Shown one piece after another: positions 16,404-26,004 of a DNA stretch of 37,012 nucleotides. The notes below the pieces were generated by a model. That model worked only from the letters and a program-made list of their open reading frames with translations. It was not told the DNA's origin and did not search any database. The stretch lies in assembly GCA_037924335.1 (NCBI GenBank), contig JAXSMZ010000014.1:1-37012 (forward strand). The letters run 5' to 3'. Origin of the DNA: Aquificaceae bacterium (GTDB taxonomy: Bacteria > Aquificota > Aquificia > Aquificales > Aquificaceae). Each line of letters begins with the position of its first letter. Within the stretch, counting starts at the first letter, position 1. The position numbers and the translations under genes were made by a program.

Positions 16404-18918
16404 TCTTGCTGCTTTGCTTCTTTTCCTTGTCTCGGCGGATATAAAAAGGGAGTTTGATGTCAGCGTGGAGATAATAGGCAAGACTGTAGAAGAAAAACCC
16501 AAGATGATACCACCAGAAAGGCTCCAAGAGCTCACAGAAAAGCCCAAAGACCTATCATATATGCTCTTAGAACCACCAGAGCATCTGGAGTTTGAAGAGG
16601 TAAAGCCTTTGAAGAGGGAAAGTGGAATAAGCTGCGGTGAACCAAAGGACTTTACATCTTACATGCTAGGCGTTGACTACTATCTCAAAGGTGATTATGC
16701 ATCTGCCGAGAGGGAACTGAAAAAAGTAATAGCCATGCCATCACCTTTTAAGCCTATGGCAGAGTATGTGTTAGGTACAATGTACCTAAAGAGGGATAAA
16801 AAAGAGGAAGCCCTTGAGCTTTTTAGATCCTCATGTGGCTTTTCTCACATGTATCAAAAGGCCAGCTGCGAGCTTTACTATGCCTTGAACTTTAAGCTTT
16901 ACGGAGGAGTCCCACAGAACACTGATCCTCTTTGGGGTTCTGTATTCAGCATACTCTCTGGAAAAGACTCAAAACCTTCTTGTAATTTAGCTGTTTTCAA
17001 AGATTACTGCGGATACGTGCTTGATTTCTACGAAGGGAAAGAGCAGCAAGATTACAGAGATAGCCTTAGGATGAGAAGGGCTGTGCTTCTCTTCAAGAAG
17101 GGGGATACTAAGCCGGCAGAGAGTATATTCCGTGATTACTCAAAACCTCTAAAGCCATACAGAGATGTAGCTCTTTACTATCTTGGCATCATACAGATGA
17201 AAAAAGGTGCTGAAAAGGAAGCCCTTGCCAATGCAAGCATACTAGAGACTATAAACCCAAGCCTCTCCAAAAGCCTTTATGCCATTATATCTTCGAAGGA
17301 TATTCTCCTCTCAAAGCTGACTTACTCTATCACTGAAGACAAAAGGTTCTTAGACAGGGCTGGGATATTAGCTTACAACTCAGGGGATTATTCTCTTTCA
17401 TTCTACTACTTTTCCATGTCTGGAAATGTTAAGCATGCAGTGTACTCTGCCGTAAAGCTTGGAGATTATGCTAAGGCCTACAATATACTGAAAGATGTTG
17501 AAAGGAAGGATAAGGAAGAGTACGCATGGCTTCTTGAATCTGCTTATTGGTCTGGAAAAACCCTTGGTCCAATACTGGAAGAGATAAGGGGAAGATACCC
17601 AGACCTTTACAGAGAGTATACAGGTTGGTACTTTTTCAGGAACGGTGATTGGGAGAAGGCAGCCATGTACCTTGAAGAACCGTACTATAAGGCCTTGGCT
17701 TACTTTAATATGAAAAACTACCATGGGGTTATAGAAGTCCTCAGGGAGAAAGATTCACAAAGGGATAGAATTCTAAAGGCAAAGGCAGCCCTATTCTTGG
17801 GCAAGCCAAACATATCAAGAAGCTTTCTAACGGAAAGGAGCGATGATGAACGCTACCTTATAGGACTTTCTTACTTCCTTGAGAACGACTACCAAGAAGC
17901 TTTTAAGTATTTTGATAGTGTGTCATTCACAAGCCCTATAAAACCCAAAGCCATCCTGAAGGCAGGCGATGCTCTTTATAACGCAGGAAATACAGAAGAA
18001 GCAAAAAAGTATTACTACGAACTCCTTCAAAAGTATCCCAACTCTGAGTATGCTAAGTATGCAACCCTTTCCCTCATAGGGATGGGTGGAAGGGAGGTAA
18101 GCGAAAAAGATACGGAGAAGCTCATTGAAAACTACCTTAGTGAGTACCCTCAATCCTCTATGGCTGATGAGCTAAAATACCAGCTTGCTCAGATCTATAT
18201 AAAGGATGGGAAGGAAAGTAAAGCAAGGGAGATACTCACCGAGCTCATAAGTACACCGCTCAAGTACAAGGCCATACTTAAGCTTGCAGAGTTAGAGAAC
18301 AGTACGGATAAAAGGATGATTTTACTCTACAAAGTTTACAGAGAGGGAAATGAAGAAGAAAGGAAGCAAGCAAGGAATGAACTTATAAAGATATACTCAC
18401 AGGTTGGTGATAGGAAAAGCATTGCAGACATCCTGGCTGAGGGGAGCTCTGCGGATAAAGTGAAGGCTATAGGTATGTACCTGTCCATGGGCGATGATGA
18501 AAACGCAAAAAAGCTTGCAAAGGAGCTAATACAAGGTGGTTATAGGGATAGTGAGTTTGAAAGCTACCTGTTAGAACTCTATAAGCTTTCAGGGGATGAG
18601 GATTACTTAAAATATCTTAAAAACAGCAAGGACAATAACATAAGATCCCAGGCCATCTACTTTTCTGGTATGAATGAGCTAAAAAAGGGCAACGCAAAGA
18701 AGGCTCTTGAAGATTTTGTGGATATATCCATAAATTACAAGGGTTCATCCGTGTACAATCAGGCAATAATAGAGGGGGCTAAGGTTCTTATTGATATGAA
18801 CGCAAAGCATGATGCATCATGCTTTCTTAATAAAGCCGACAAAGATACAGTCACGCGAGAGGAGCTTGATATGATAAACTCTCTAAAAGGTAAACTACCA
18901 AAGTGTGAGGTGAGGTAA
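16378..18918 (+). CDS. Large exported tetratricopeptide-repeat protein
   Basis: Signal peptide and many TPR helices (YYLKGDYASA, ALYYLG, YPNSEYA, YPQSSMADELKYQLAQIY). Confidence 0.85.
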   Translation: MWKLIRLFSLAALLLFLVSADIKREFDVSVEIIGKTVEEKPKMIPPERLQELTEKPKDLSYMLLEPPEHLEFEEVKPLKRESGISCGEPKDFTSYMLGVDYYLKGDYASAERELKKVIAMPSPFKPMAEYVLGTMYLKRDKKEEALELFRSSCGFSHMYQKASCELYYALNFKLYGGVPQNTDPLWGSVFSILSGKDSKPSCNLAVFKDYCGYVLDFYEGKEQQDYRDSLRMRRAVLLFKKGDTKPAESIFRDYSKPLKPYRDVALYYLGIIQMKKGAEKEALANASILETINPSLSKSLYAIISSKDILLSKLTYSITEDKRFLDRAGILAYNSGDYSLSFYYFSMSGNVKHAVYSAVKLGDYAKAYNILKDVERKDKEEYAWLLESAYWSGKTLGPILEEIRGRYPDLYREYTGWYFFRNGDWEKAAMYLEEPYYKALAYFNMKNYHGVIEVLREKDSQRDRILKAKAALFLGKPNISRSFLTERSDDERYLIGLSYFLENDYQEAFKYFDSVSFTSPIKPKAILKAGDALYNAGNTEEAKKYYYELLQKYPNSEYAKYATLSLIGMGGREVSEKDTEKLIENYLSEYPQSSMADELKYQLAQIYIKDGKESKAREILTELISTPLKYKAILKLAELENSTDKRMILLYKVYREGNEEERKQARNELIKIYSQVGDRKSIADILAEGSSADKVKAIGMYLSMGDDENAKKLAKELIQGGYRDSEFESYLLELYKLSGDEDYLKYLKNSKDNNIRSQAIYFSGMNELKKGNAKKALEDFVDISINYKGSSVYNQAIIEGAKVLIDMNAKHDASCFLNKADKDTVTREELDMINSLKGKLPKCEVR

Positions 18919-18919
18919 A

Positions 18920-19534
18920 ATGGACATGCTGGTCAATCTTCTCGAAAAGGGCGGTATTGCCGTTTATGTGCTTCTGTTCCTATCCCTTGTCTCATGGGCT
19001 GTGATAGTGGAGAGGCTTTTGAATCTCAGAGCATCAAGCATAATATCCAAATCCTTAAAGGACGTGAGATCTTTGCTTGCCAGCGGTGATGTTGACGGAG
19101 CCATGAAGATCATATCTTTGGATAACTCACCGGCAAGCAACATCCTGTACAGAATGCTTGAGGAGTATAAGGGCAGTAAAGTAGATAAGAGGACCCTTTT
19201 TGCGGATCTGAGCTTTGAGATATCTCTCCTTGTACCTAAGGTTGAAAAGAACTTAGCCTTTCTCTCTACGATAGCAAGCGTAGCACCCCTGATCGGCCTC
19301 TTTGGTACAATAACTGGTCTTATAAAGGTTTTTTCAGCCTTTGCTGTTGCACAAACAGAGCAGGGTATGGCGTTGCTCTCTGCGGGAATAAGCGAGGCTT
19401 TGGTATCTGCAGCAACTGGTCTTGCCGTAGCTATTCCAGCCCTTCTCGCCTACTGGATATTCAGGATAATGGGCAACAGCATCCTTGACAGAGTTGAGTC
19501 TGAACTTTCTGAAACTTTGAGGATTCTAAAATGA
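18920..19534 (+). CDS. exbB: MotA/TolQ/ExbB proton channel protein
   Basis: LSTIASVAPLIGLFGTITG and GISEALVSAATGLAVAIPA. Confidence 0.85.
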   Translation: MDMLVNLLEKGGIAVYVLLFLSLVSWAVIVERLLNLRASSIISKSLKDVRSLLASGDVDGAMKIISLDNSPASNILYRMLEEYKGSKVDKRTLFADLSFEISLLVPKVEKNLAFLSTIASVAPLIGLFGTITGLIKVFSAFAVAQTEQGMALLSAGISEALVSAATGLAVAIPALLAYWIFRIMGNSILDRVESELSETLRILK

Positions 19535-19923
19535 GAAGGAAAAGGCTTGGCTACGACGAAAGAACTTACATAGATGTAGTTCCCCTCGTTGACACACTGC
19601 TCGCAGTTTTTCTCTTTTTAGCTGTACTTGCCTTCCAATCTCCCATGACCTTCTTGGCTGTTAAGCTCCCCTTCACTCAGGAAGGAGAAAAAAAAGTCAT
19701 GTCTGTTATGAGAGTTCAGGTTACAAAGGAAGGATCTTACATCTACGATGGCAAGAGCATAGACCTGGGAGGAATAGATAGGCTCATACAGGAGAATAAA
19801 CCTAAATCTATAGTAATAGAGGCTGATGAGGACACACTGCATAAATATGTTGTAGCCCTTATGGACATGGCAAAGAAGGAAAAAGTCGAGGATGTGATAA
19901 TAGCAACAAGAACAAGAAGGTGA
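19531..19923 (+). CDS. exbD: ExbD/TolR family protein
   Basis: IDVVPLVDTLL (conserved TM Asp), VKLP, IEAD..T.H..VVALMD. Confidence 0.85.
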   Translation: MRRKRLGYDERTYIDVVPLVDTLLAVFLFLAVLAFQSPMTFLAVKLPFTQEGEKKVMSVMRVQVTKEGSYIYDGKSIDLGGIDRLIQENKPKSIVIEADEDTLHKYVVALMDMAKKEKVEDVIIATRTRR

Positions 19924-20636
19924 TGTTTCTTATAAAAAAACTTCTTTCCAACCTAATACTTCCACCCGGTCTTTTTATCTTAGTCTTCTTAACTGTAGCC
20001 CTTTTAGAAAGGAAGAGAAGGGCTACTTATTACATCTGCGTAATATCCGCCATACTTCTTTATCTCCTTTCCATAGAACCAGTAAAGGATGCTCTGCTGA
20101 CACCCTTAGAAAAAAAATATCCAGTACCAAAAAAGTTCAGTGCGGACGTTATCGTAGTTCTAGGTGGTGGATCTTACAGCAGCGGTGTTCTAAAGGAAGA
20201 TTCTATGAAGAGGTTACTAACGGGAACTTTGCTCCACAGAGAAACAGGCCTGCCAATAATACTATCCGGTGGTGCAAGTCTTTTACCCGATGCGGAGATA
20301 ATGAAGTCTTTTCTTTTGGACTTAGGAGTTGATAGGAAGAGTATAATAACGGAGGTGGAAAGTAGGGATACAAAAGAAAACGCCATGTTTGTAAAAAGGA
20401 TATGTAAAGATAGGGGTTACAGGAGGATAGTCTTGGTAACCTCTGCCTATCATATGCCAAGGGCTGTGCTTTCCTTTGAAAAGGAAGGAATGGATGTGAT
20501 TCCTTACCCAACGGACTTTAAAAGAGATATGAGATACAACCTTTTTAGCTTCCTTCCCAAAATGGGCGTTTTGGATGATTCAATTAAAGCTCTGAGAGAG
20601 TATTTAGGAACCTTAGTTTATGAATATACCGAATGA
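19923..20636 (+). CDS. DUF218 / YdcF-ElyC family protein
   Basis: IVVLGGG, IILSGG, ESRDTKENA, LVTSAYHMPRA, REYLG. TGATG overlap with exbD. Confidence 0.9.
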   Translation: MFLIKKLLSNLILPPGLFILVFLTVALLERKRRATYYICVISAILLYLLSIEPVKDALLTPLEKKYPVPKKFSADVIVVLGGGSYSSGVLKEDSMKRLLTGTLLHRETGLPIILSGGASLLPDAEIMKSFLLDLGVDRKSIITEVESRDTKENAMFVKRICKDRGYRRIVLVTSAYHMPRAVLSFEKEGMDVIPYPTDFKRDMRYNLFSFLPKMGVLDDSIKALREYLGTLVYEYTE

Positions 20637-20660
20637 CCCTTGTTTTATAATCATGTTGGT

Positions 20661-22100
20661 ATGGATAAATGGTTTAAGAACGCTTTCTTCTTTTTAGTTT
20701 TAATAGCATCAGACCTTGTCTCCTTCTATGTTTCTTTGACCCTGTCCTACTTCACCCGTCTTACGCTCAATTCCATTCTTAAAGAAAAAGTGGTCTTTAC
20801 CTTTCCATTATCTCATTTCCTCAGCATGTGGTGGATGCCCCTCATCTTTATCTTCTTCCTTTTTTACGAAGGCTTATATACAAAGAGGTACACATTTCCG
20901 GAAGACCTCAGAAGGCTGTTTAAGGTTGTTTTCCTTGGCGTTGCATCCGTATTTTTCTTAGTGGGTGTTACGAAGAAGTCTGAAGAAGTCTCTAGGCTTA
21001 TGATATTTATGCTGGGTATGTATATGTACCCAGTTCTCACCCTTTTGAGATATATCTCAAAGAAGTTGCTCTTTAAATGGAAGTTTGGAGTAAGAAGATT
21101 TGTGGTCATAGGTATGGACAGTATAGTTCAGAAGGCTGCATCCTTTCTTGATGAAGAAAAGATGCTTGGCTACAGATTGGTGGGTTTTTTTAGCGACAGA
21201 GATGCCTTCAAAAGGGTAAGCATTAACGGGAGGAGCTTTGTAGTCAGAAGGTTAAGATCCATGGATAGGTTTTTGGAAAGGAAGCTTGCAGATTGCGTTG
21301 TTATATCAGCAGGCTTCTTTGAGGCTGGCGAGCTCACTGAGTTTGTATCTAAGCTACAGAGGAAGGCTGATGAAGTTATAATAGTCCCACCTTTCAAAAG
21401 CATGAGTGTGGTCAATTCGGAGCATGTACCCGTCTATATGTTGGATGTTTTTCTTCTCAGGTTCAAGGACAACCTTAAATCTTCTGTCAACGCCTTTATC
21501 AAAAGAAGCTTTGATATACTGCTCTCTTTAACTTTACTACCTGTTGCTTTGACGACTATCCTTATCATTGCTATACTGATAAAGCTTGAGACAAGTGGAC
21601 CAGTTTTTTTCTCCCATCTACGTTTAGGGCAGGGTGGAAGGAACATAAAAGTTTACAAGTTTAGAACCATGTATGAAAACTCAGATACATACCTAAAGAG
21701 GCTTCTGCAGGAAAGAGAGGATATAAGAACAGAATGGGAGAAGTACAGGAAGCTAAAAGATGACCCAAGGGTCACAAAGATAGGCAAGTTCCTTAGGAGA
21801 TCATCCCTTGATGAGCTTCCCCAGATACTCAATGTGCTTAAAGGTGAGATGAGCCTTGTTGGACCAAGGCCTGTCACTCAGGAGGAGTTAGAGAGATATT
21901 ACGGAGATCTGGCTGAGATATATAAGCTTGTGAAACCTGGTATAACTGGTTATTGGCAGGTGAGCGGAAGGAACGATGTGGATTACGAGACGCGCGTTGC
22001 TATGGACACTTTTTATATACTAAACTGGTCTTTATGGCTCGATATGTATATACTTTTAAAGACCTTTTTTGTGATCCTTAAAAGAAAGGGGGCTTATTGA
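20661..22100 (+). CDS. Undecaprenyl-phosphate sugar phosphotransferase (WbaP/WcaJ family)
   Basis: N-terminal TMs, KRSFDI, YKFRTM, DDPRVTKIGKFLRRSSLDELPQ, GEMSLVGPRP, PGITGYWQVSGRND. Confidence 0.93.
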   Translation: MDKWFKNAFFFLVLIASDLVSFYVSLTLSYFTRLTLNSILKEKVVFTFPLSHFLSMWWMPLIFIFFLFYEGLYTKRYTFPEDLRRLFKVVFLGVASVFFLVGVTKKSEEVSRLMIFMLGMYMYPVLTLLRYISKKLLFKWKFGVRRFVVIGMDSIVQKAASFLDEEKMLGYRLVGFFSDRDAFKRVSINGRSFVVRRLRSMDRFLERKLADCVVISAGFFEAGELTEFVSKLQRKADEVIIVPPFKSMSVVNSEHVPVYMLDVFLLRFKDNLKSSVNAFIKRSFDILLSLTLLPVALTTILIIAILIKLETSGPVFFSHLRLGQGGRNIKVYKFRTMYENSDTYLKRLLQEREDIRTEWEKYRKLKDDPRVTKIGKFLRRSSLDELPQILNVLKGEMSLVGPRPVTQEELERYYGDLAEIYKLVKPGITGYWQVSGRNDVDYETRVAMDTFYILNWSLWLDMYILLKTFFVILKRKGAY

Positions 22101-22123
22101 TCAAACCATTGTATAATTTAAAT

Positions 22124-22297
22124 ATGGAGAACATAGTTATTAAGGTCAACGGAAAGGAGATAAAACTGAAGGATTTTCCTAAGAGGGTTGTTTACAACGT
22201 TACCCTTGGTCTTATAAAAAGCCTTAACCTTGATGAGAACCCAAAAGACATAACAGTGCATGTCAGAGTTGCTCAGGAAGATAACGGAAGTTCTTGA
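22124..22297 (+). CDS. Small protein (57 aa) resembling the C-terminal extension domain of long MobB proteins
   Basis: IKVNGKEIKLKDFPKRVVYNVTLGLIKSL..PKDITVHV. TATAAT at 22112-22117, 6 nt before the ATG. Confidence 0.55.
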   Translation: MENIVIKVNGKEIKLKDFPKRVVYNVTLGLIKSLNLDENPKDITVHVRVAQEDNGSS

Positions 22298-23240
22298 ATT
22301 TAAAGTAGAGAAAGAGGATGAAGGCAAGAGGTTGGATGCTTTTCTGGCAGAAGCTTATGGGGAATTTTCAAGGAGCTACATACAAAAGCTTATAGAAGAT
22401 GGTTATGTCTTTGTAAACCAAAAGGAAACAAGAAAAGCTTCAAAAAAGGTAAAAACAGGCTACAGAGTAAGCCTCTTTGTTCCAGAGCCAGAGCCTTTAG
22501 ATATAAGACCTGAGAACATACCCATTGATATAGTCTACGAGGACGATGACCTTCTTCTTCTGATAAAGCCTTGCGGGCTGGTTGTCCATCCATCCCCAGG
22601 ACATACATCTGGAACGTTGGTAAACGCCCTTCTCTTTCATGTAAAAGACCTTTCGAGCATAAGCGGTGTGGAGAGGCCCGGTATAGTGCACAGGCTGGAC
22701 AAAGGAACAGCTGGACTTATGGTGGTAGCAAAATCGGACCAGGCTCACATAAACCTTGTCAGGCAGTTTCAAGGTAGAAAGGTGCTAAAGTTCTACCATG
22801 CTCTCGTAAGCGGTATTGTAAAGGAGGATGAAGGTGTGGTTGAAAAACCCATATCGAGGCATCCAGCCGAAAGGAAGAAGTTTCGTGTGAGCGCAGAGGG
22901 AAGGTACGCGAAGACAGAGTACCGTGTTTTAGAGAGGTTCTATAGAAGTAGGATAACTTACCTTGATGTAAGATTGCATACTGGAAGGACGCATCAGATA
23001 AGGGTCCATATGTGGCACATGGGTTATCCCATATTGGGAGACAGAACCTACGGTTTTAAACGTACATGTGTGGATGAAGAGATAATAAAGCTTATGGGCG
23101 AATGTCATATGCTCGTAAGCTACAGAATAGCCTTTGAGCATCCAAGTAATGGTCAGTGGATGGACTTTAAGATAGATGACCCTCAACCCTTTAAGAGTGT
23201 TCTAAGCTTTATAAAGAAGAGTGAGGAAAAGGTCTCTTAG
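22260..23240 (+). CDS. rluD: RluA-family 23S rRNA pseudouridine synthase with S4 domain
   Basis: RLDAFLA..SRSYIQKLI (S4), KPCGLVVHP, RPGIVHRLDKGT, TGRTHQIRVH, PILGD. Confidence 0.92.
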   Translation: MSELLRKITEVLEFKVEKEDEGKRLDAFLAEAYGEFSRSYIQKLIEDGYVFVNQKETRKASKKVKTGYRVSLFVPEPEPLDIRPENIPIDIVYEDDDLLLLIKPCGLVVHPSPGHTSGTLVNALLFHVKDLSSISGVERPGIVHRLDKGTAGLMVVAKSDQAHINLVRQFQGRKVLKFYHALVSGIVKEDEGVVEKPISRHPAERKKFRVSAEGRYAKTEYRVLERFYRSRITYLDVRLHTGRTHQIRVHMWHMGYPILGDRTYGFKRTCVDEEIIKLMGECHMLVSYRIAFEHPSNGQWMDFKIDDPQPFKSVLSFIKKSEEKVS

Positions 23241-24314
23241 CTTATCAATAACACCATGACCACCAAGAATACCCCTTAGCCTTTTGAAATCCTCTACCAT
23301 AGCATGCCTTACGTCTTCTTCTAAGAACAGCTTTTTAGAATGAAGATAAAGCTCTTTCCATCCTTTTTGTATGACTTCTGGAACTGCATTTTTCTGGAGT
23401 ACCAAGTTTGTCAAGGCTATATTCTTTACCTTTGCCAACCTTTTTCCAATCAGATAGGTTATAGGATTAACTCTATAAAAGACAACGTGAGGGTTCAAAA
23501 GAAGGCTTGCCTCTAAGTCTGCAGTACCGCTTGCTATCAAGGATGCCATAGAATAGGACATAACATCGTAAGACGGCGTTGGACTGCTCCTCTCGGTTAT
23601 AAGACCAACGGGAAGTCCATAAAAAACCTCCTCCAGGAATTCCCTAAAGGTCTCAAAGGTTGGTAAAGCACCAGAGAGACCATGCTCTTGGTATATCCTT
23701 TCGTAGACCTTTCTCAGGTATGGAGCGTGCCTCTTTATCTCGCTCCATCTGCTGCCTGGTAGCAAACCCAAAAAGTTCTCCGAACCCAAGGTTTTGGCAA
23801 CTTCTTCCCTACTCAATGTAGGCTTGGCTATGTCTACGATAGGATGCCCTACATAATGGACATTAAAACCTTCCTTTATGTAAGCTTTGTAAAACTCAAG
23901 TTCAAAAGGGAAAAGAACTATAAGATGGTCGACTAAGGATGATATTAAGTTTGCCCTTTGGCTTTTCCAAGCCCAAACTTGAGGCGATATAAAGTATATT
24001 ACCTTTTTCACCTTTCCTTTTATTCTTTTCAAAAGTGGTAGATTAAAAGCTGGGGCATCGCAGAGTATGACAGCATCCATACGGGGTAAAAGGTCTTCCA
24101 GCTTCCTGTAAAGCCTAAGAACGTAAGGAACCTTTGGAAGGGCCTCCACTATACCAACAACGGATAGGTCTTCGATGGGTGCAACGCTTTTAAAACCGAT
24201 ACTATCAAGCTTTTTGTCCGTAATACCGTAAAGCTCAACACCCTTTATATCTTTGAATACATGATACACATAGTTGCTGGCAGATATCTCAGCTAAGGAG
24301 ACAAAGACCTTCAT
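23202..24314 (-). CDS. lpxB: Lipid-A-disaccharide synthase
   Basis: LSVVGIVE, DAPAFNL, SPQVWAW, FPFE, VGHP, LPGSR, SGTA.LE. Confidence 0.93.
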   Translation of the reverse strand: MKVFVSLAEISASNYVYHVFKDIKGVELYGITDKKLDSIGFKSVAPIEDLSVVGIVEALPKVPYVLRLYRKLEDLLPRMDAVILCDAPAFNLPLLKRIKGKVKKVIYFISPQVWAWKSQRANLISSLVDHLIVLFPFELEFYKAYIKEGFNVHYVGHPIVDIAKPTLSREEVAKTLGSENFLGLLPGSRWSEIKRHAPYLRKVYERIYQEHGLSGALPTFETFREFLEEVFYGLPVGLITERSSPTPSYDVMSYSMASLIASGTADLEASLLLNPHVVFYRVNPITYLIGKRLAKVKNIALTNLVLQKNAVPEVIQKGWKELYLHSKKLFLEEDVRHAMVEDFKRLRGILGGHGVIDKLRDLFLTLLYKA

Positions 24315-24727
24315 TCACTTTTTAGAAAAACCCTAAAGCTGTGTTGGTCTATGGGTTGAACCTTTGCAACCACATTATTAAAGGAAAGGGAGAAGGCATG
24401 AGATATATCAGTTTTCCCAGAACTCCACACGCTTATGTATCTATCTGCATAGCAATCCCCAGCGCCATTCCTGAAAGTTGCCTTGAGATATGCACCATCG
24501 TGATGCTCCATAACCTCAGCTGAAACAACTTCCATGTAGTTATTTCTTTCAACCCCTTCTTCCCATAGGCTCTTCAGATCGTTCCCAATTATCTCAATGC
24601 TAACTCCGTATTCTAAGTCCTCCTCGTCTATATCCTTTATAGCTTTCTCAATTCTTTCCCTCAAGACCTTCCCAACTCTTTTCACTTTTTCTATGGCTTC
24701 TTCTCTGTACCTTTGGTCTATGGGCAT
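24311..24727 (-). CDS. Hypothetical protein (138 aa)
   Basis: ATGA overlap with lpxB. TGaTAAAAT lies 6 nt upstream of the ATG. Confidence 0.75.
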   Translation of the reverse strand: MPIDQRYREEAIEKVKRVGKVLRERIEKAIKDIDEEDLEYGVSIEIIGNDLKSLWEEGVERNNYMEVVSAEVMEHHDGAYLKATFRNGAGDCYADRYISVWSSGKTDISHAFSLSFNNVVAKVQPIDQHSFRVFLKSE

Positions 24728-24739
24728 GTTTCTATTTTA

Positions 24740-25588
24740 TCACTCTATGTTTGCAGCCTGCTGCTTTAATCTGTCTATCTCAGTCTTCATCTCAACCACA
24801 AAATCGGAGAGCTCCGGTATCTTGTTGCCAAGAGTAGTTATCTCCCTGTGCATCTCCTGACAGATAAAGTCCATCTTTCTTCCCACGTCTTCTTCAGAAG
24901 AAAGCAGAATCCTCATCTTTTTTAAGTGAGCTTTTAACCTAGTTATCTCCTCATCTATATCCATCCTTGACAGCATATAGGTTATCTCGTTCAAAACTGT
25001 GGGATGAACTTCTGGTAGTCCAAGCTCTTTTGCTTTTGCCAAAACTCTCTGCCTTACAGCATTCAAAATATCATCCTTTCTTCTATTTATATCATCAACA
25101 GTATCCTCAATCTTTTTGAGCCTCAAGCTTATGTCCTCCTTTATGTGCTCTCCCTCCTCTTCTCTGCTTTTGATAAGGTCCTCTAAGGCTTCTTTGACTG
25201 AAGCATAGACGCACTCTTCCAGTGATGGGTCCATCTCTTCTACGTTCTTCTCTGAATACCTCCATGCTATCTGAAACATCATGTCATCCGAGATTTTAAG
25301 CTCAAGGTCGCTGGCTATTGCCTTTATCATCTCTACGTTCATAAGGATCCTATTTATATCAACGGGCAATTGAGCAACCTTGGGCGTTATGTCTATGTAT
25401 AGTGAAAGGGTACCTCTTGACAGAAAGTCCTTTATCAGCTTCCTTATCTTTATCTCCATGGGTGAAAGGTTGTAATTAGACTTTATAAAAACCTCCAATC
25501 CCTTTGCGTTCAGAGTTTTAGCAATAACAGATGCCTTCCACCTTTCATCCTCATATAAACCTTTCCCTACTCCTGTCATACTTTTCAT
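24740..25588 (-). CDS. yicC: YicC/YloC family endoribonuclease
   Basis: MKSMTG.G, RGTL, DIDEEITRL, GRKMDFICQEMHREITTLGNK, QQAANIE. Confidence 0.92.
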   Translation of the reverse strand: MKSMTGVGKGLYEDERWKASVIAKTLNAKGLEVFIKSNYNLSPMEIKIRKLIKDFLSRGTLSLYIDITPKVAQLPVDINRILMNVEMIKAIASDLELKISDDMMFQIAWRYSEKNVEEMDPSLEECVYASVKEALEDLIKSREEEGEHIKEDISLRLKKIEDTVDDINRRKDDILNAVRQRVLAKAKELGLPEVHPTVLNEITYMLSRMDIDEEITRLKAHLKKMRILLSSEEDVGRKMDFICQEMHREITTLGNKIPELSDFVVEMKTEIDRLKQQAANIE

Positions 25589-25593
25589 GCTAT

Positions 25594-26004
25594 TCAACTC
25601 AGGACATAATTTATCACATCTTCCAAATCTTTTGCTTGGCTGAGCTTGAAACCTTCTAAGTCTATATCACCAACCACTATTCTTTTAACATTCTTAAGTC
25701 CCTTCCACCCTTCGAGGATAACCACATCAAAGTCGGAAAAGTAGCTTTCCACTAATTTATTTGGGTTGCACTCTGTCCTGTCCCACAGGATAAACTTCCC
25801 ATTTCCTATTAGGGCAACCCTATCAAGGACGCTGAACAGTCTGTATGTATCGCTTCCCTCCTTGTCCGTTATGGCATGGCCCTTTGGGTCGTGCTTTATA
25901 TAACCAACTTTTAAGCCTCTCTCTTTTAACTCTTTGACGAGCTTCTCTATAAAGGTTGTTTTTCCGCTGTTGTGATATCCAGAGACATAGACCAGCTTAG
26001 GCAT
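25594..26004 (-). CDS. mobB: Molybdopterin-guanine dinucleotide biosynthesis protein B
   Basis: GYHNSGKTT, VGYIKH, DKEGSDT, DVVILEGWK. Confidence 0.88.
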   Translation of the reverse strand: MPKLVYVSGYHNSGKTTFIEKLVKELKERGLKVGYIKHDPKGHAITDKEGSDTYRLFSVLDRVALIGNGKFILWDRTECNPNKLVESYFSDFDVVILEGWKGLKNVKRIVVGDIDLEGFKLSQAKDLEDVINYVLS

